From Chloroflexota bacterium (GTDB lineage: Bacteria > Chloroflexota > UBA6077 > FW602-bin22 > JAMCYS01), in contig JAMCYS010000041.1 in assembly GCA_023473795.1 (NCBI GenBank), positions 14,370-78,369 on the forward strand: a stretch of DNA of 64,000 nucleotides, written 5' to 3'. Made by a program: the position numbers and the translations under genes. Under the pieces are notes generated by a model. That model was given only the letters and a program-made list of their open reading frames with translations. It was not told the origin of the DNA and made no database searches. The number at the start of each line of letters is the position of its first letter. Position 1 is the stretch's first letter. This document shows, in pieces, positions 22,611-31,705 of this stretch.

Positions 22611-25028
22611 GTGAACGATAAGACACTGAACCTACTGGAATTTCCCAAGATCCTGCAGCAACTGGCCGGCCGCGTGTCCTACACTCCCACCAAGGATCTG
22701 GTGGCCGAGCTGCGACCATCAGCCGACCCGGCCGAGGTGCGGCACCGTTTGGCCCTCACCAGCGAAGCCAGCAGGCTCTTGGAGATCAAATCATCCTTCT
22801 CTCTTGGCGGCGCTCGGGACATTCGGACCGCCGCTAGGCGCGCGCAACTCGGCGGTACGCTGGAGTCCGAGGACCTCCTGGATGTGCAGAGCACCCTCTC
22901 GGCCGTGCGGGGAATTCGCAACACCCTGAGCAAACTGTCTGACCAGTTGCCCCTGCTGGCCGCCACCGCGCTGCGGCTGCGCGACGGGCCGCGGTTGGAG
23001 AAGGAGATAGCTCGTTGCCTGGGACCGCGGGGCGAAGTGGTCGACGACGCCAGCGAGGCCCTGCGCCGTATCCGTACCCAACTGCGTTCAGCCCACGAGA
23101 GACTGCTGAATCGACTGAATGAGATGGTCGCTTCGCCAGCCTACCGTCAGGCCCTGCAGGAGCCGATTGTCACGCAACGGGATGGCCGCTACGTTATCCC
23201 GGTGAAGGCGGACTTTCGCGGACAGCTGAAGGGCGTGGTGCACGATCAGTCGGCGAGCGGCGCCACCTTGTACGTCGAGCCCCTAGCGACAGTCGACCTA
23301 AACAACCGTTGGCGCGAACTGCAGCTGGACGAAGACCGTGAGGTGAAGCGTATCCTCAAGGACCTCTCCACCGGAGTCGCCGCTCTGGCGCCCGAGCTTC
23401 TAGAGGATGTGGCCGCTCTGGCTGAACTGGACCTAGTCCTGGCCAAGGCACTCTACGCCAGCGATCTGCGGGCCACCGAGCCGCTCATCGTCGACGAAGC
23501 CACTTTGGCAGCGGAGGGTAGGCGAGGTGAGGATCTGCCCTGGCTGCGTCTCTTGCAGGCCCGCCACCCTCTACTGACCGGCCAGGTGGTGCCGATCGAT
23601 GTCTGGCTAGGACCCGATTTCTCCGTTCTCGTCATCACCGGGCCTAACACGGGCGGCAAGACGGTCGCCCTCAAGACGATCGGCCTGTTGACTCTGATGG
23701 CGCAATGCGGCCTGCACATTCCCGCCGCCGAGGGCTCGCGAGTGCGCATCTTCGCTGGGGTCTTTGCGGACATCGGAGATGAGCAAAGTATCGAGCAGAG
23801 CCTATCTACCTTCTCCTCGCACATGACGAACATCGTGGGCGTTCTGGCGACGGCAGACGGCAACTCGCTCGTTCTCCTAGACGAGCTAGGCGCTGGCACA
23901 GACCCCGCGGAAGGGTCGGCGCTGGCCAGGTCCATTCTGGCCCATCTCCTGGAGCGTGGAGCGACCGTCGTTGCCACGACTCACTACTCGGAACTCAAGG
24001 CCTTCGCCCACTTGACGCCTGGCCTGCAAAATGCATCTGTTGAGTTTGACGTCAACACGCTCTCTCCGACGTACAGGCTAAGCATTGGGCTGCCGGGGCG
24101 AAGCAACGCCTTGGCCATCGCCACTCGGCTTGGGCTGCCGCGAGACATCGTGAAGTCCGCCAAGGCTTTGATGGACCCGCGCAAGGTGGAGGTGGAAGCG
24201 CTGCTAGGGCGAATCCGGCAGGAGAGACAGGCGGCTAGCGCCGCGAGGGAGGAGGCGGCGCTAGCTCTAGAGGACGCCCGCAAGCTGCAGGCACGTCTGA
24301 GTGAGGCCTGGCGCAACATCGAGACGGAACGCCACAAGGTTGTGGTCACGGCCCGAGAGCAGGCGGAGCAGGAGCTAGAAGACGTACGGCGTCGTCTGGC
24401 ACGGGCCAACGCCGTTCTCGAAGCCGGAGCGTGGAATAGACAGGATCTGCGATCGGCACTGCAGGACACGCAGCAGGCGCAACGCCAACTGGCGGAGGTG
24501 AGCAAGACGAGCCAGCCGCCGTCCCCTGAGGCTGAAGCGTTTGCGGAGGAGCAGGTTGATGATCTGGAGACCGGACAGATGGTCTGGATAGAGAGCGTGC
24601 AACAGCACGGAGAGGTGCTGGGCCAACCCGACGCTCGGGGCGAGGTGGAAGTGCGTCTTGGCGCGCTCAAGACGCGAGTGCCGGCCAGCGCCATTCAACC
24701 CGCCTCTGCCGGCCCGGCTCGACCCCGCCGAATGACAACGCCAGCACCAGCGCTCAGCCAGACTTGGACGACCCGCGTGGCCCCACCTCTGCAGATTGAC
24801 CTACGCGGCATGCGCGCCGAAGAGGCGCTCGAGATACTGGACAAGTTCGTGGACGACGCTTATCTTTCTGGCCTGCCGTTCGTTAGGGTCGTGCACGGCA
24901 AAGGTACAGGCGTTCTGCGCCAGGTCGTACGCGAGCATTTGGGCCGGCACGCCCTGGTTCGGTCGGTCCAGACGGCAGACGCGCGCGAAGGTGGGGAAGG
25001 CGCGACAATAGCCCAGCTCGCCAGTTGA
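22611..25028 (+). CDS. mutS2: Endonuclease MutS2 (MutS domain V ATPase plus Smr domain)
   Basis: N-terminus VNDKTLNLLEFPKILQQLA parallels B. subtilis MutS2. Walker A ITGPNTGGKT, LLDELGAGTDP, and the C-terminal Smr domain (IDLRGMRAEEALE...VHGKGTGVLR). The track start 22434 lies upstream of the promoter. Confidence 0.92.
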   Translation: MNDKTLNLLEFPKILQQLAGRVSYTPTKDLVAELRPSADPAEVRHRLALTSEASRLLEIKSSFSLGGARDIRTAARRAQLGGTLESEDLLDVQSTLSAVRGIRNTLSKLSDQLPLLAATALRLRDGPRLEKEIARCLGPRGEVVDDASEALRRIRTQLRSAHERLLNRLNEMVASPAYRQALQEPIVTQRDGRYVIPVKADFRGQLKGVVHDQSASGATLYVEPLATVDLNNRWRELQLDEDREVKRILKDLSTGVAALAPELLEDVAALAELDLVLAKALYASDLRATEPLIVDEATLAAEGRRGEDLPWLRLLQARHPLLTGQVVPIDVWLGPDFSVLVITGPNTGGKTVALKTIGLLTLMAQCGLHIPAAEGSRVRIFAGVFADIGDEQSIEQSLSTFSSHMTNIVGVLATADGNSLVLLDELGAGTDPAEGSALARSILAHLLERGATVVATTHYSELKAFAHLTPGLQNASVEFDVNTLSPTYRLSIGLPGRSNALAIATRLGLPRDIVKSAKALMDPRKVEVEALLGRIRQERQAASAAREEAALALEDARKLQARLSEAWRNIETERHKVVVTAREQAEQELEDVRRRLARANAVLEAGAWNRQDLRSALQDTQQAQRQLAEVSKTSQPPSPEAEAFAEEQVDDLETGQMVWIESVQQHGEVLGQPDARGEVEVRLGALKTRVPASAIQPASAGPARPRRMTTPAPALSQTWTTRVAPPLQIDLRGMRAEEALEILDKFVDDAYLSGLPFVRVVHGKGTGVLRQVVREHLGRHALVRSVQTADAREGGEGATIAQLAS

Positions 25029-25061
25029 CAGCGGAATCGCTCCGCGGGAGGTAGATGCCGA

Positions 25062-25535
25062 ATGCCCGATACATCCGGCCTCGAACGTATTCTTCAAATC
25101 GTGATCGCGCTTGTAGGCGCCTACGTCACCGCCTTCTGGTTCACCCTCGTCGTGTGGACGTTTAGGGATATCCAGAAGCGCACCCGGGATGTGCTGGTTC
25201 AGGTATTGGCCACTCTCTTGGTGCTGCTATTCAATCTGCCCGGCCTTCTCTTATACACGATTCTTCGTCCGCCCGAAACCCTGGCTGAGGCCTACGCCCG
25301 CTCCCTGGAGGAGGAATCTCTGATTCAGGAGATTGAAGAGCGCCAGGTTTGCCCCAGCTGCCGGCATCGCGTGCAGCCCGACTTCTTGGTCTGCGCCAAC
25401 TGCGGCACGCAGCTAAAGCACCTCTGCCCGGACTGCCACAGGTTGCTGGATCTTAGCTGGCACCGCTGCCCTTATTGCGGCAGCGAGAAGTTGCTGGATC
25501 AACCGCCCCAGCCCATACTGACGCACGGAGCTTAG
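25062..25535 (+). CDS. Membrane protein with C-terminal double zinc ribbon
   Basis: Two N-terminal TM helices, then CPSCRH...CANCG...CPDCH...CPYCG, which is four CxxC pairs. Confidence 0.7.
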   Translation: MPDTSGLERILQIVIALVGAYVTAFWFTLVVWTFRDIQKRTRDVLVQVLATLLVLLFNLPGLLLYTILRPPETLAEAYARSLEEESLIQEIEERQVCPSCRHRVQPDFLVCANCGTQLKHLCPDCHRLLDLSWHRCPYCGSEKLLDQPPQPILTHGA

Positions 25536-25540
25536 CCGCC

Positions 25541-25570
25541 CGGTGTGCCGGGCAACAGCCGGGCACACCG
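25541..25570 (+). terminator. Hairpin downstream of the zinc-ribbon gene
   Basis: CGGTGTGCCgGGC-aaca-GCCgGGCACACCG has one symmetric G.G mismatch. It is followed by ccgTTTg, a weak U-tract. Confidence 0.45.
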
Positions 25571-25574
25571 CCGT

Positions 25575-25604
25575 TTGACATGGCTCCGCGGCCTCAGCTA
25601 TAAT
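25575..25604 (+). promoter_or_regulatory. Consensus sigma-70-type promoter for the FGGY kinase gene
   Basis: TTGACA (25575-25580), 18-nt spacer, TATAAT (25599-25604). It is followed by a ~75-nt leader containing the hairpin 25615-25641. Confidence 0.65.
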
Positions 25605-25678
25605 GGCGCCCGGCCTTCCTAGCCCAGCTTCGGGCAGGAAGTCGAGGCGCCATTCGTTTGCCTGGGAGCGGTTGTGGG

Positions 25679-27214
25679 GTGAAGATTCGCGTCATTGGTC
25701 TCGACATAGGCACCACTGGCACCAGAGCAGTCGTGTTCGACGAGCTTGGCCAGGTGTACGCTAGTGCCAGCTGCGATTACCCTCTACTCGTTCCCCATCC
25801 GGGTTACGGCGAGCAAGAGCCAGACTCGATCGTCCGCGCGGTAGTTTGCGCACTCAAGGACGCGGTGGCACGGGCTGCTCTACGCCCGGAAGAGGTGTCG
25901 GCAATCGGTGTCAGTGCCGTGATGCACAGTACGTTGGCGCTCGACCGCGAAGGAAAGCCACTCACCAATGCCTGGACGTGGGTTGACACGCGCGCCGCTC
26001 CTCAGGCAACGCGTCTCAAGAGGGAGCACGAGGCGGCCGCCTACTACGTCCGCAGTGGCTGCCCCGTGCATGCCATGTATACGCCCGCCAAGGTAGCGCA
26101 CATTCGCGAGACGTTGCCCGACATTTTCGCCCGAGCCGACCGCTTCGCCACCATCAAGGAGTACGTGCTCTGGCGCCTGTTTGGTGCCCGTGTGATCGAC
26201 TACGGCATCGCCTCCGGCAGTGGCTGCCTCAATATGGAGGCCAAGGACTGGGATGCGGAGGCGCTCGCCATGGCCGGCATCGGACGGGAACGGTTGGCCG
26301 AACTGGTAGAGCCCACCACGCTCATCCAAGGTCTGAAGCCGGAGTTCGCCAGGGAGATAGGAGTCTCAGCCGCCGTGCCGCTTGCCGTGGGCTCTAGCGA
26401 CGGCACGCTGTCGAGTTTAGGATCCGGGGCCGTGGCCCCCGGGCAGATGACCGCGATGATCGGCACCAGCGGCGCGGTCAGGGCCATCACCGACCGGCCG
26501 GTCGTCGATCCTCGCGGCCGCACCTGGTGCTATTACCTGGCGGACGACCGTTGGGTGCCGGGAGCGGCAATCAACAACGGCGGCATCGTCTACCGCTGGC
26601 TGCGCGACGACATTCTGAGGGTGCCCGAGGCGGCCCGCGAAGATGCGTACCAGGCTATGGACGAGGCAGCCGCTCGCGTTCCCGCGGGGGCCCACGGTTT
26701 GGTGTTCCTCCCCTTCCTGGCGGGAGAACGTGCACCCTTCTGGAACGCGGACGCCCGAGGCGTCCTCTTCGGCCTTTCGCTGCGTCACGGGCAGGGGCAC
26801 CTGGTACGGGCGACACTCGAAGGCGTCGCCTACCGGATGTTCAGCATCTTCGCTGCCCTGCGCGACATCGCCGGCCCACCGCACGAGGTGAGGGCGGCCG
26901 GAGGCTTCACCAAGTCGCGTCTGTGGCTGCAGATTCTGGCCGACATCTTCGGGGTGCGTCTGCACGTCCCCGTCGTCGCCGAAGCCTCAGCCTGGGGTGC
27001 TGCTTATCTCGCCCTGATGGGCTTGGGCGTCTACCGCAGCATCGATCAGATGCTGCCGCTGGTGCCAATCGCCAGCCAGGTGCCATTTGACCCTGCCAGC
27101 CACGACCGGTACCAACGCCTATTCGAACTCTACATGCGCCTCTACTGGCATCTACAGGATCAGTTCACGGAGATCTCCTCCCTCCAGCGGGAGGAGACCG
27201 CCAATTCACGCTAG
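25679..27214 (+). CDS. FGGY-family carbohydrate kinase, gluconokinase-like
   Basis: VKIRVIGLDIGTTGTRAVVFD, GEQEPDSIV, the FGGY_C region GGFTKSRLWLQILADIFG. Start set at GTG 25679. Confidence 0.85.
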   Translation: MKIRVIGLDIGTTGTRAVVFDELGQVYASASCDYPLLVPHPGYGEQEPDSIVRAVVCALKDAVARAALRPEEVSAIGVSAVMHSTLALDREGKPLTNAWTWVDTRAAPQATRLKREHEAAAYYVRSGCPVHAMYTPAKVAHIRETLPDIFARADRFATIKEYVLWRLFGARVIDYGIASGSGCLNMEAKDWDAEALAMAGIGRERLAELVEPTTLIQGLKPEFAREIGVSAAVPLAVGSSDGTLSSLGSGAVAPGQMTAMIGTSGAVRAITDRPVVDPRGRTWCYYLADDRWVPGAAINNGGIVYRWLRDDILRVPEAAREDAYQAMDEAAARVPAGAHGLVFLPFLAGERAPFWNADARGVLFGLSLRHGQGHLVRATLEGVAYRMFSIFAALRDIAGPPHEVRAAGGFTKSRLWLQILADIFGVRLHVPVVAEASAWGAAYLALMGLGVYRSIDQMLPLVPIASQVPFDPASHDRYQRLFELYMRLYWHLQDQFTEISSLQREETANSR

Positions 27215-27223
27215 CAGTTCGCA

Positions 27224-28213
27224 GTGAAGGCTAACTGGCGCCTCTGGCTCGGTATTGGGCTCAGCCTAGTCTGCCTCTGTCTGGTTGTGCGTGGTATCGA
27301 TCCGGACGAGGTACGCACTGCCCTGTCTGGGGTCAACTACTTCTGGCTCTTTCCCTCTGCCGCGGCGGGCGTGGTATCCGTCTGGTTCAAGGCTCTGCGC
27401 TGGCGTCTACTCTTCTTGCCGCGAACCGGCCTGCGTACCGGCAAGCTGTTCTCGATCACGATGATTGGCTATGTGATAAACAGCGTGCTGCCCGCGAGGC
27501 TGGGCGACCCCGCCCGTGCCGTGTTAGTGGGCGAAATGGGGGGCGCTCCCACTGCTCAAGCCCTGGCGACTGTCGTGATCGAACGCCTTCTCGATGTCCT
27601 CACACTGCTTGTCTTCTTGGTGGCGCTTATGCCCTTCATCGGCATGCCTGATTGGCTTTGGCGTTCGGCCTTCGTGGTCGGCTTGGCCGCCGTTGGGGGG
27701 TTTGTGGGTCTGCTACTGATTGGCAGGCGCCGGGACAGGTTGGTGCCGGCACTCACCCGCCTCTTGCGCCCTTTGCCGGTGTTGGGCTCAGGCGCCATCG
27801 CCAAGCAATTGGATCACCTGCTCAGTGGTATGGATGCCTTCGGCTCGCCGGGTAACAGCGCTATGATTGCCTTCTACTGCCTGGTCATCTGGGTACTCTC
27901 GGTGTCGCAGAACTACTTCGTCCAGCTGGGCTTTGCCCTCCCCGTGCCGGCGACCGCCGCCGTGCTGGTGTGCATAGTCAACGTCTTGGGCATGTTGATC
28001 CCCTCCTCCCCCGGGTACATTGGCGTGTTTCACTACCTCACGGTACTGACCCTGGGTCTCTTCGCGGTGGACCCGAGCGTCGCTTTGAGTTACGCCATCG
28101 TGCTGCACCTGACCATTTTCGTGCCGCTGGTGGCGGCCGGTTTGCTGGCGTTGTGGCGTGAGAGCCTCTCCTTCGCCAAAGTCAGCGCGCGGGCGGCCCG
28201 GCTTGAGCAATGA
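27224..28213 (+). CDS. Flippase-like / lysylphosphatidylglycerol-synthase TM-region family membrane protein (UPF0104)
   Basis: Polytopic. The N-terminus WRLWLGIGLSLVCLCLVVRGIDPDEV...KALRWRLLF is typical of the family. Confidence 0.65.
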   Translation: MKANWRLWLGIGLSLVCLCLVVRGIDPDEVRTALSGVNYFWLFPSAAAGVVSVWFKALRWRLLFLPRTGLRTGKLFSITMIGYVINSVLPARLGDPARAVLVGEMGGAPTAQALATVVIERLLDVLTLLVFLVALMPFIGMPDWLWRSAFVVGLAAVGGFVGLLLIGRRRDRLVPALTRLLRPLPVLGSGAIAKQLDHLLSGMDAFGSPGNSAMIAFYCLVIWVLSVSQNYFVQLGFALPVPATAAVLVCIVNVLGMLIPSSPGYIGVFHYLTVLTLGLFAVDPSVALSYAIVLHLTIFVPLVAAGLLALWRESLSFAKVSARAARLEQ

Positions 28214-29136
28214 GTCGCTCTTCAACCGCCGAACTAGCCCGCGGCCTTGCCTTCGTCGGCGTGGCCGTGTTCTTCTTCGCCACCAGCCCCGTCCTCACCC
28301 GCTGGGCCGCACCCTTCACGCCGTTTGAGATAACCTTCGGCCGGATGGTAGTGGCCGCTTTCACGATCCTGGCGTTCCTCGTCGTCGCACGGCAGAGAGT
28401 CGTGCTGAGCAGAGCGGACATACCGCGCTTCTTCGTGTTTGGCTTGACCTGCGCCCTGCACTTCCTACTCTATATCTCCTCGCTGTCCTACACGACGATC
28501 GCTCACTCTCTGGCTTTAGTCTACACCGCCCCCGTCTTTGTCACCCTCCTGGCCGCGGCCTTTCTGGGCGAGCCGGTCGTCCGCGGACAGTGGTTTGGCC
28601 TTGGCATCGCGGTGGCGGGTGTGGGTCTGCTGACCGGCTTCGAGCCGGCGATGACGCCGACGATGGCCTTCGGCGACTTGCTGGCCATCGGCTCGGCGGT
28701 CTGCTTCGGCTTCTACTCCATCATTGGTCGCCGCGAACGCGGTCGCTACCCGTTGCTCACCTATGCGCTGGCCATGTACGCTGCCGCCGCGGTCTGGTTA
28801 GCTCCACCCGCCCTAACGAACCTTACCCACGAAGGCATAACGATCCGTGCGGTCTTGGCTATTCTCGCCCTCGGCATCCTGCCCCTCGGTCTAGGCCATA
28901 CCCTATACAACGCCAGCCTCCGCCGCGTGCATCCTACTTATGTCAACTTGATTGCCACTCAGGAAGTGACCGGGGGCATAGTCTTGGGCTACCTCTTCCT
29001 GGGAGAGGCCCCGAGCGCCGTCGCCATCGGCGGCGCGCTGGTCACTCTGCTGGGCATCGTCATAGTGCTCGTCTGCCGGCAAGACAAGACAGGCAGACCC
29101 GCCGGGCCGCAATTGGGCCCCGGCGGGTCTGCCTAG
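28210..29136 (+). CDS. EamA/DMT-superfamily transporter
   Basis: About 10 TM segments in two EamA-like halves. Its start overlaps the upstream gene by 4 nt. Confidence 0.7.
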   Translation: MSRSSTAELARGLAFVGVAVFFFATSPVLTRWAAPFTPFEITFGRMVVAAFTILAFLVVARQRVVLSRADIPRFFVFGLTCALHFLLYISSLSYTTIAHSLALVYTAPVFVTLLAAAFLGEPVVRGQWFGLGIAVAGVGLLTGFEPAMTPTMAFGDLLAIGSAVCFGFYSIIGRRERGRYPLLTYALAMYAAAAVWLAPPALTNLTHEGITIRAVLAILALGILPLGLGHTLYNASLRRVHPTYVNLIATQEVTGGIVLGYLFLGEAPSAVAIGGALVTLLGIVIVLVCRQDKTGRPAGPQLGPGGSA

Positions 29137-29165
29137 CTCGCTGCTGAGCGCTCTGCTGCCGCCAG

Positions 29166-30233
29166 CTACGCCTTGGCCAGCTCTGCCTTCAGAAAATCGA
29201 TAACCTTAACCGGACTGGGGTCGGCTCCGTAGATAAGCGCCAGATAGTAGCTAGTGTAATCGCCGTAGTAGACCGAGGACATCAGCTGAGCCAGAGCACT
29301 TCGGCCCTCGGCTTGAACGATGAAGAAGGTTGCGCCCCGACGCCGCAGAATCTCCTGTGTGACGGCAAACCTGGCCTTGATCCGGGGATGGCAGTAGTCA
29401 GTCGCCAGGAAGACGATGCGCACCACTTCGACCATGCTGGCCGGATGTTCATAGCCGACGACCGTATTGTGGTTTAGCTCGGGCAACACATCATAAGTCG
29501 CCCAGGCTTTGCCGTTCTCGTTGAACTGCCCCTTCCAGCGTCGCGCCACTTCGGCCGTGAGACCGCCTCCATAGACGATAGGGAGGTGCTCGTACAGCTC
29601 TCTGGCCAACTGCTTCGCCGGATTCCGCGCCGTGGGCGCTTTCTCGTTCAGCCGCCCCCGCAGGCCCTCCAGGACTGAGGCTGCCTCTTCTATGTCCGCG
29701 CCTTTGTCGCCAACCAGACCTGCCGCTCGCAGTATGCCCAGCAGCGGCACGAGGGAGTGACCCAGGGCCGCGCGCGGTTGCGCCTTGTAACTGAAGACCA
29801 CGGTCGGCACGCCCTCGCTCTGCGCCTGCTTGAGCAGTTGCCCATCGGTGGTCAGAACCACCACCTGAGCGCCCCGTTCCCTCGCGCCGCGAAAGCCGGT
29901 GAGTGTTTCCTCCGTGTTCCCGGAGTAACTGGAGGCGATAGCCAACGTGCGCGGACCCACGAAAGCCGGCAGCTCGTAGTCCCGCACGACCTCCAGGGGT
30001 ACCCGCAGCTCGCCTGCCAGCAGGGTGCGGACAAGGTCGCCGCCGATGGCCGACCCGCCCATCCCCAATACCACGACGTTGTCCATCGTGGCGTAGCCCC
30101 CGGGTAGCGTCAGCCCCGATACGGCCCGCCAGGCCGATCGTAGTTGCTCAGGCAGCTCGCCGATGCGCTCGAGCATGCCCTCAGGGTCCTGCTTGCGTAT
30201 TTCGACCACGTTGTCGAGATCGTCCACAGTCAC
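29166..30233 (-). CDS. Bifunctional phosphoglucose/phosphomannose isomerase (SIS-domain PGI/PMI family)
   Basis: VVVLGMGGSAIGGDL, IASSYSGNTEETL, and a C-terminal bifunctional-PGI/PMI-type domain. Start set at GTG 30233. The track ORF start 30374 would overlap the upstream gene. Confidence 0.8.
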   Translation of the reverse strand: MTVDDLDNVVEIRKQDPEGMLERIGELPEQLRSAWRAVSGLTLPGGYATMDNVVVLGMGGSAIGGDLVRTLLAGELRVPLEVVRDYELPAFVGPRTLAIASSYSGNTEETLTGFRGARERGAQVVVLTTDGQLLKQAQSEGVPTVVFSYKAQPRAALGHSLVPLLGILRAAGLVGDKGADIEEAASVLEGLRGRLNEKAPTARNPAKQLARELYEHLPIVYGGGLTAEVARRWKGQFNENGKAWATYDVLPELNHNTVVGYEHPASMVEVVRIVFLATDYCHPRIKARFAVTQEILRRRGATFFIVQAEGRSALAQLMSSVYYGDYTSYYLALIYGADPSPVKVIDFLKAELAKA

Positions 30234-30249
30234 TCTCCTCGCTGCGACT

Positions 30250-31680
30250 CTACAGCCCGGCCATCTGCCGGCCGGCGGTGATAATGCGCTCCACGCGTTC
30301 CGGACTATCCGTTTCCGTGTAGATTCGGATGACGGGCTCGGTGCCACTGAAGCGCACCAGCAACCAACCGCCATCCGCCAGCATGAACTTGAAGCCGTCC
30401 ACCGTCTTGACCTCAGTCACCCGCGAGCCGTCGATGGTGCTAGGCTTGGCCTCGCGAATGCGCTGGATGATCGCTTGGCGCTGGTCGGCCGGGAAAGTCA
30501 GGTCGAGCCGGTCGTAGTAGTGCGGTCCCACCTTGTCGAAGAGATACTGAACCAGCTCTGACGGAGTCCGGCTCAACGAGACCATCATGTCGGTGAGGAA
30601 CAGCCCGCTCAGTACCCCATCGCGCTCTGGAATGTGCCCCCGGAAACCGAACCCTCCGCTCTCCTCCCCGCCGACGATGGCGCCGACCTGCAACATCTTG
30701 GGGCCGATATACTTGAAGCCCACCGGCGTCTCGTAGACGGGTACGTCGTACAGCTTACCCAGCTCCTCGATCATCGACGTCGTGGTTAGCGACTTGACCA
30801 GAGGTCCACGCCACTTCCTCACTTCCAGCAAGTACAGGGCCAGTAACCCATACATCCAGAGCTGGTTGATGTAGTGCCCATTCTCGTCGACCGCACCGAT
30901 ACGGTCGGCGTCGCCGTCGGTGGCCAAACCGAGACTGGCACCCTGCTCGGGGACCACCCGCCGCAGCTCGTGCAGATTCTCGTCGATCGGCTCCGGCCGT
31001 TCCAGCCCCGGAAAAGCAGGGTTGCGCTCCTGATGGAGCGGCAAGACGCCGGTTGAACCACCCTCCAGCAGTCGCTGGAAATAGCCCGCCCCCGCCCCGT
31101 ACATCGCGTCGGCCACGATCCTCAGACCCGCCCGCTGCAACTTCTTCAAATCGACCAACTCGCCGATGTGCTGTAGGTACTTGGGCGCCGGATCGAGGTA
31201 GTGCACCAGGCCCTTGTCTACGGCGGCAGCTATCGGCAGTCGCTTGACCGACGCCCCTTCCTGTTGAATGGCGACGATGCGTTTCTCCAGCTCCGCGACG
31301 ACCTCAGGCGAGGCCGAGCCCGCGTACTCCGGCTTGTATTTGAAGCCGTTCCAGATGGCAGGATTGTGGCTAGCCGTAATCACCGCCGCCCCCGCGGCCT
31401 GCTCCATGAGGATTGAGTAGGAGATCACCGGCGTGGGGGCCGCCTTCTCGCAAAGGTGGGTGACAATGCCGTTGCCAGCAAGGACCTCGGCCACAGCCAC
31501 CCCGAAGTGCTCAGAGGCAAAGCGGGTGTCGTAACCAACGACGAAGCCGCGATCCGTTACGCCGGTATCGTGAAGGTAGCTGGCCACCGACTGCGCGCAG
31601 AGGCGCACGTTGTCGTACGTGTAGTCCTCCGCGATGACGGCTCGCCAACCGTCCGTCCCGAACTTGATTTCCGTCCCCAT
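30250..31680 (-). CDS. Phosphomannomutase/phosphoglucomutase (alpha-D-phosphohexomutase)
   Basis: FGTDGWRA, active-site loop VITASHNPAIWNGFK, metal loop ATDGDADR, GGEESGG. Confidence 0.9.
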   Translation of the reverse strand: MGTEIKFGTDGWRAVIAEDYTYDNVRLCAQSVASYLHDTGVTDRGFVVGYDTRFASEHFGVAVAEVLAGNGIVTHLCEKAAPTPVISYSILMEQAAGAAVITASHNPAIWNGFKYKPEYAGSASPEVVAELEKRIVAIQQEGASVKRLPIAAAVDKGLVHYLDPAPKYLQHIGELVDLKKLQRAGLRIVADAMYGAGAGYFQRLLEGGSTGVLPLHQERNPAFPGLERPEPIDENLHELRRVVPEQGASLGLATDGDADRIGAVDENGHYINQLWMYGLLALYLLEVRKWRGPLVKSLTTTSMIEELGKLYDVPVYETPVGFKYIGPKMLQVGAIVGGEESGGFGFRGHIPERDGVLSGLFLTDMMVSLSRTPSELVQYLFDKVGPHYYDRLDLTFPADQRQAIIQRIREAKPSTIDGSRVTEVKTVDGFKFMLADGGWLLVRFSGTEPVIRIYTETDSPERVERIITAGRQMAGL

Positions 31681-31705
31681 AGTTGACCTTCTCCCGCGGA
31701 CGCTC

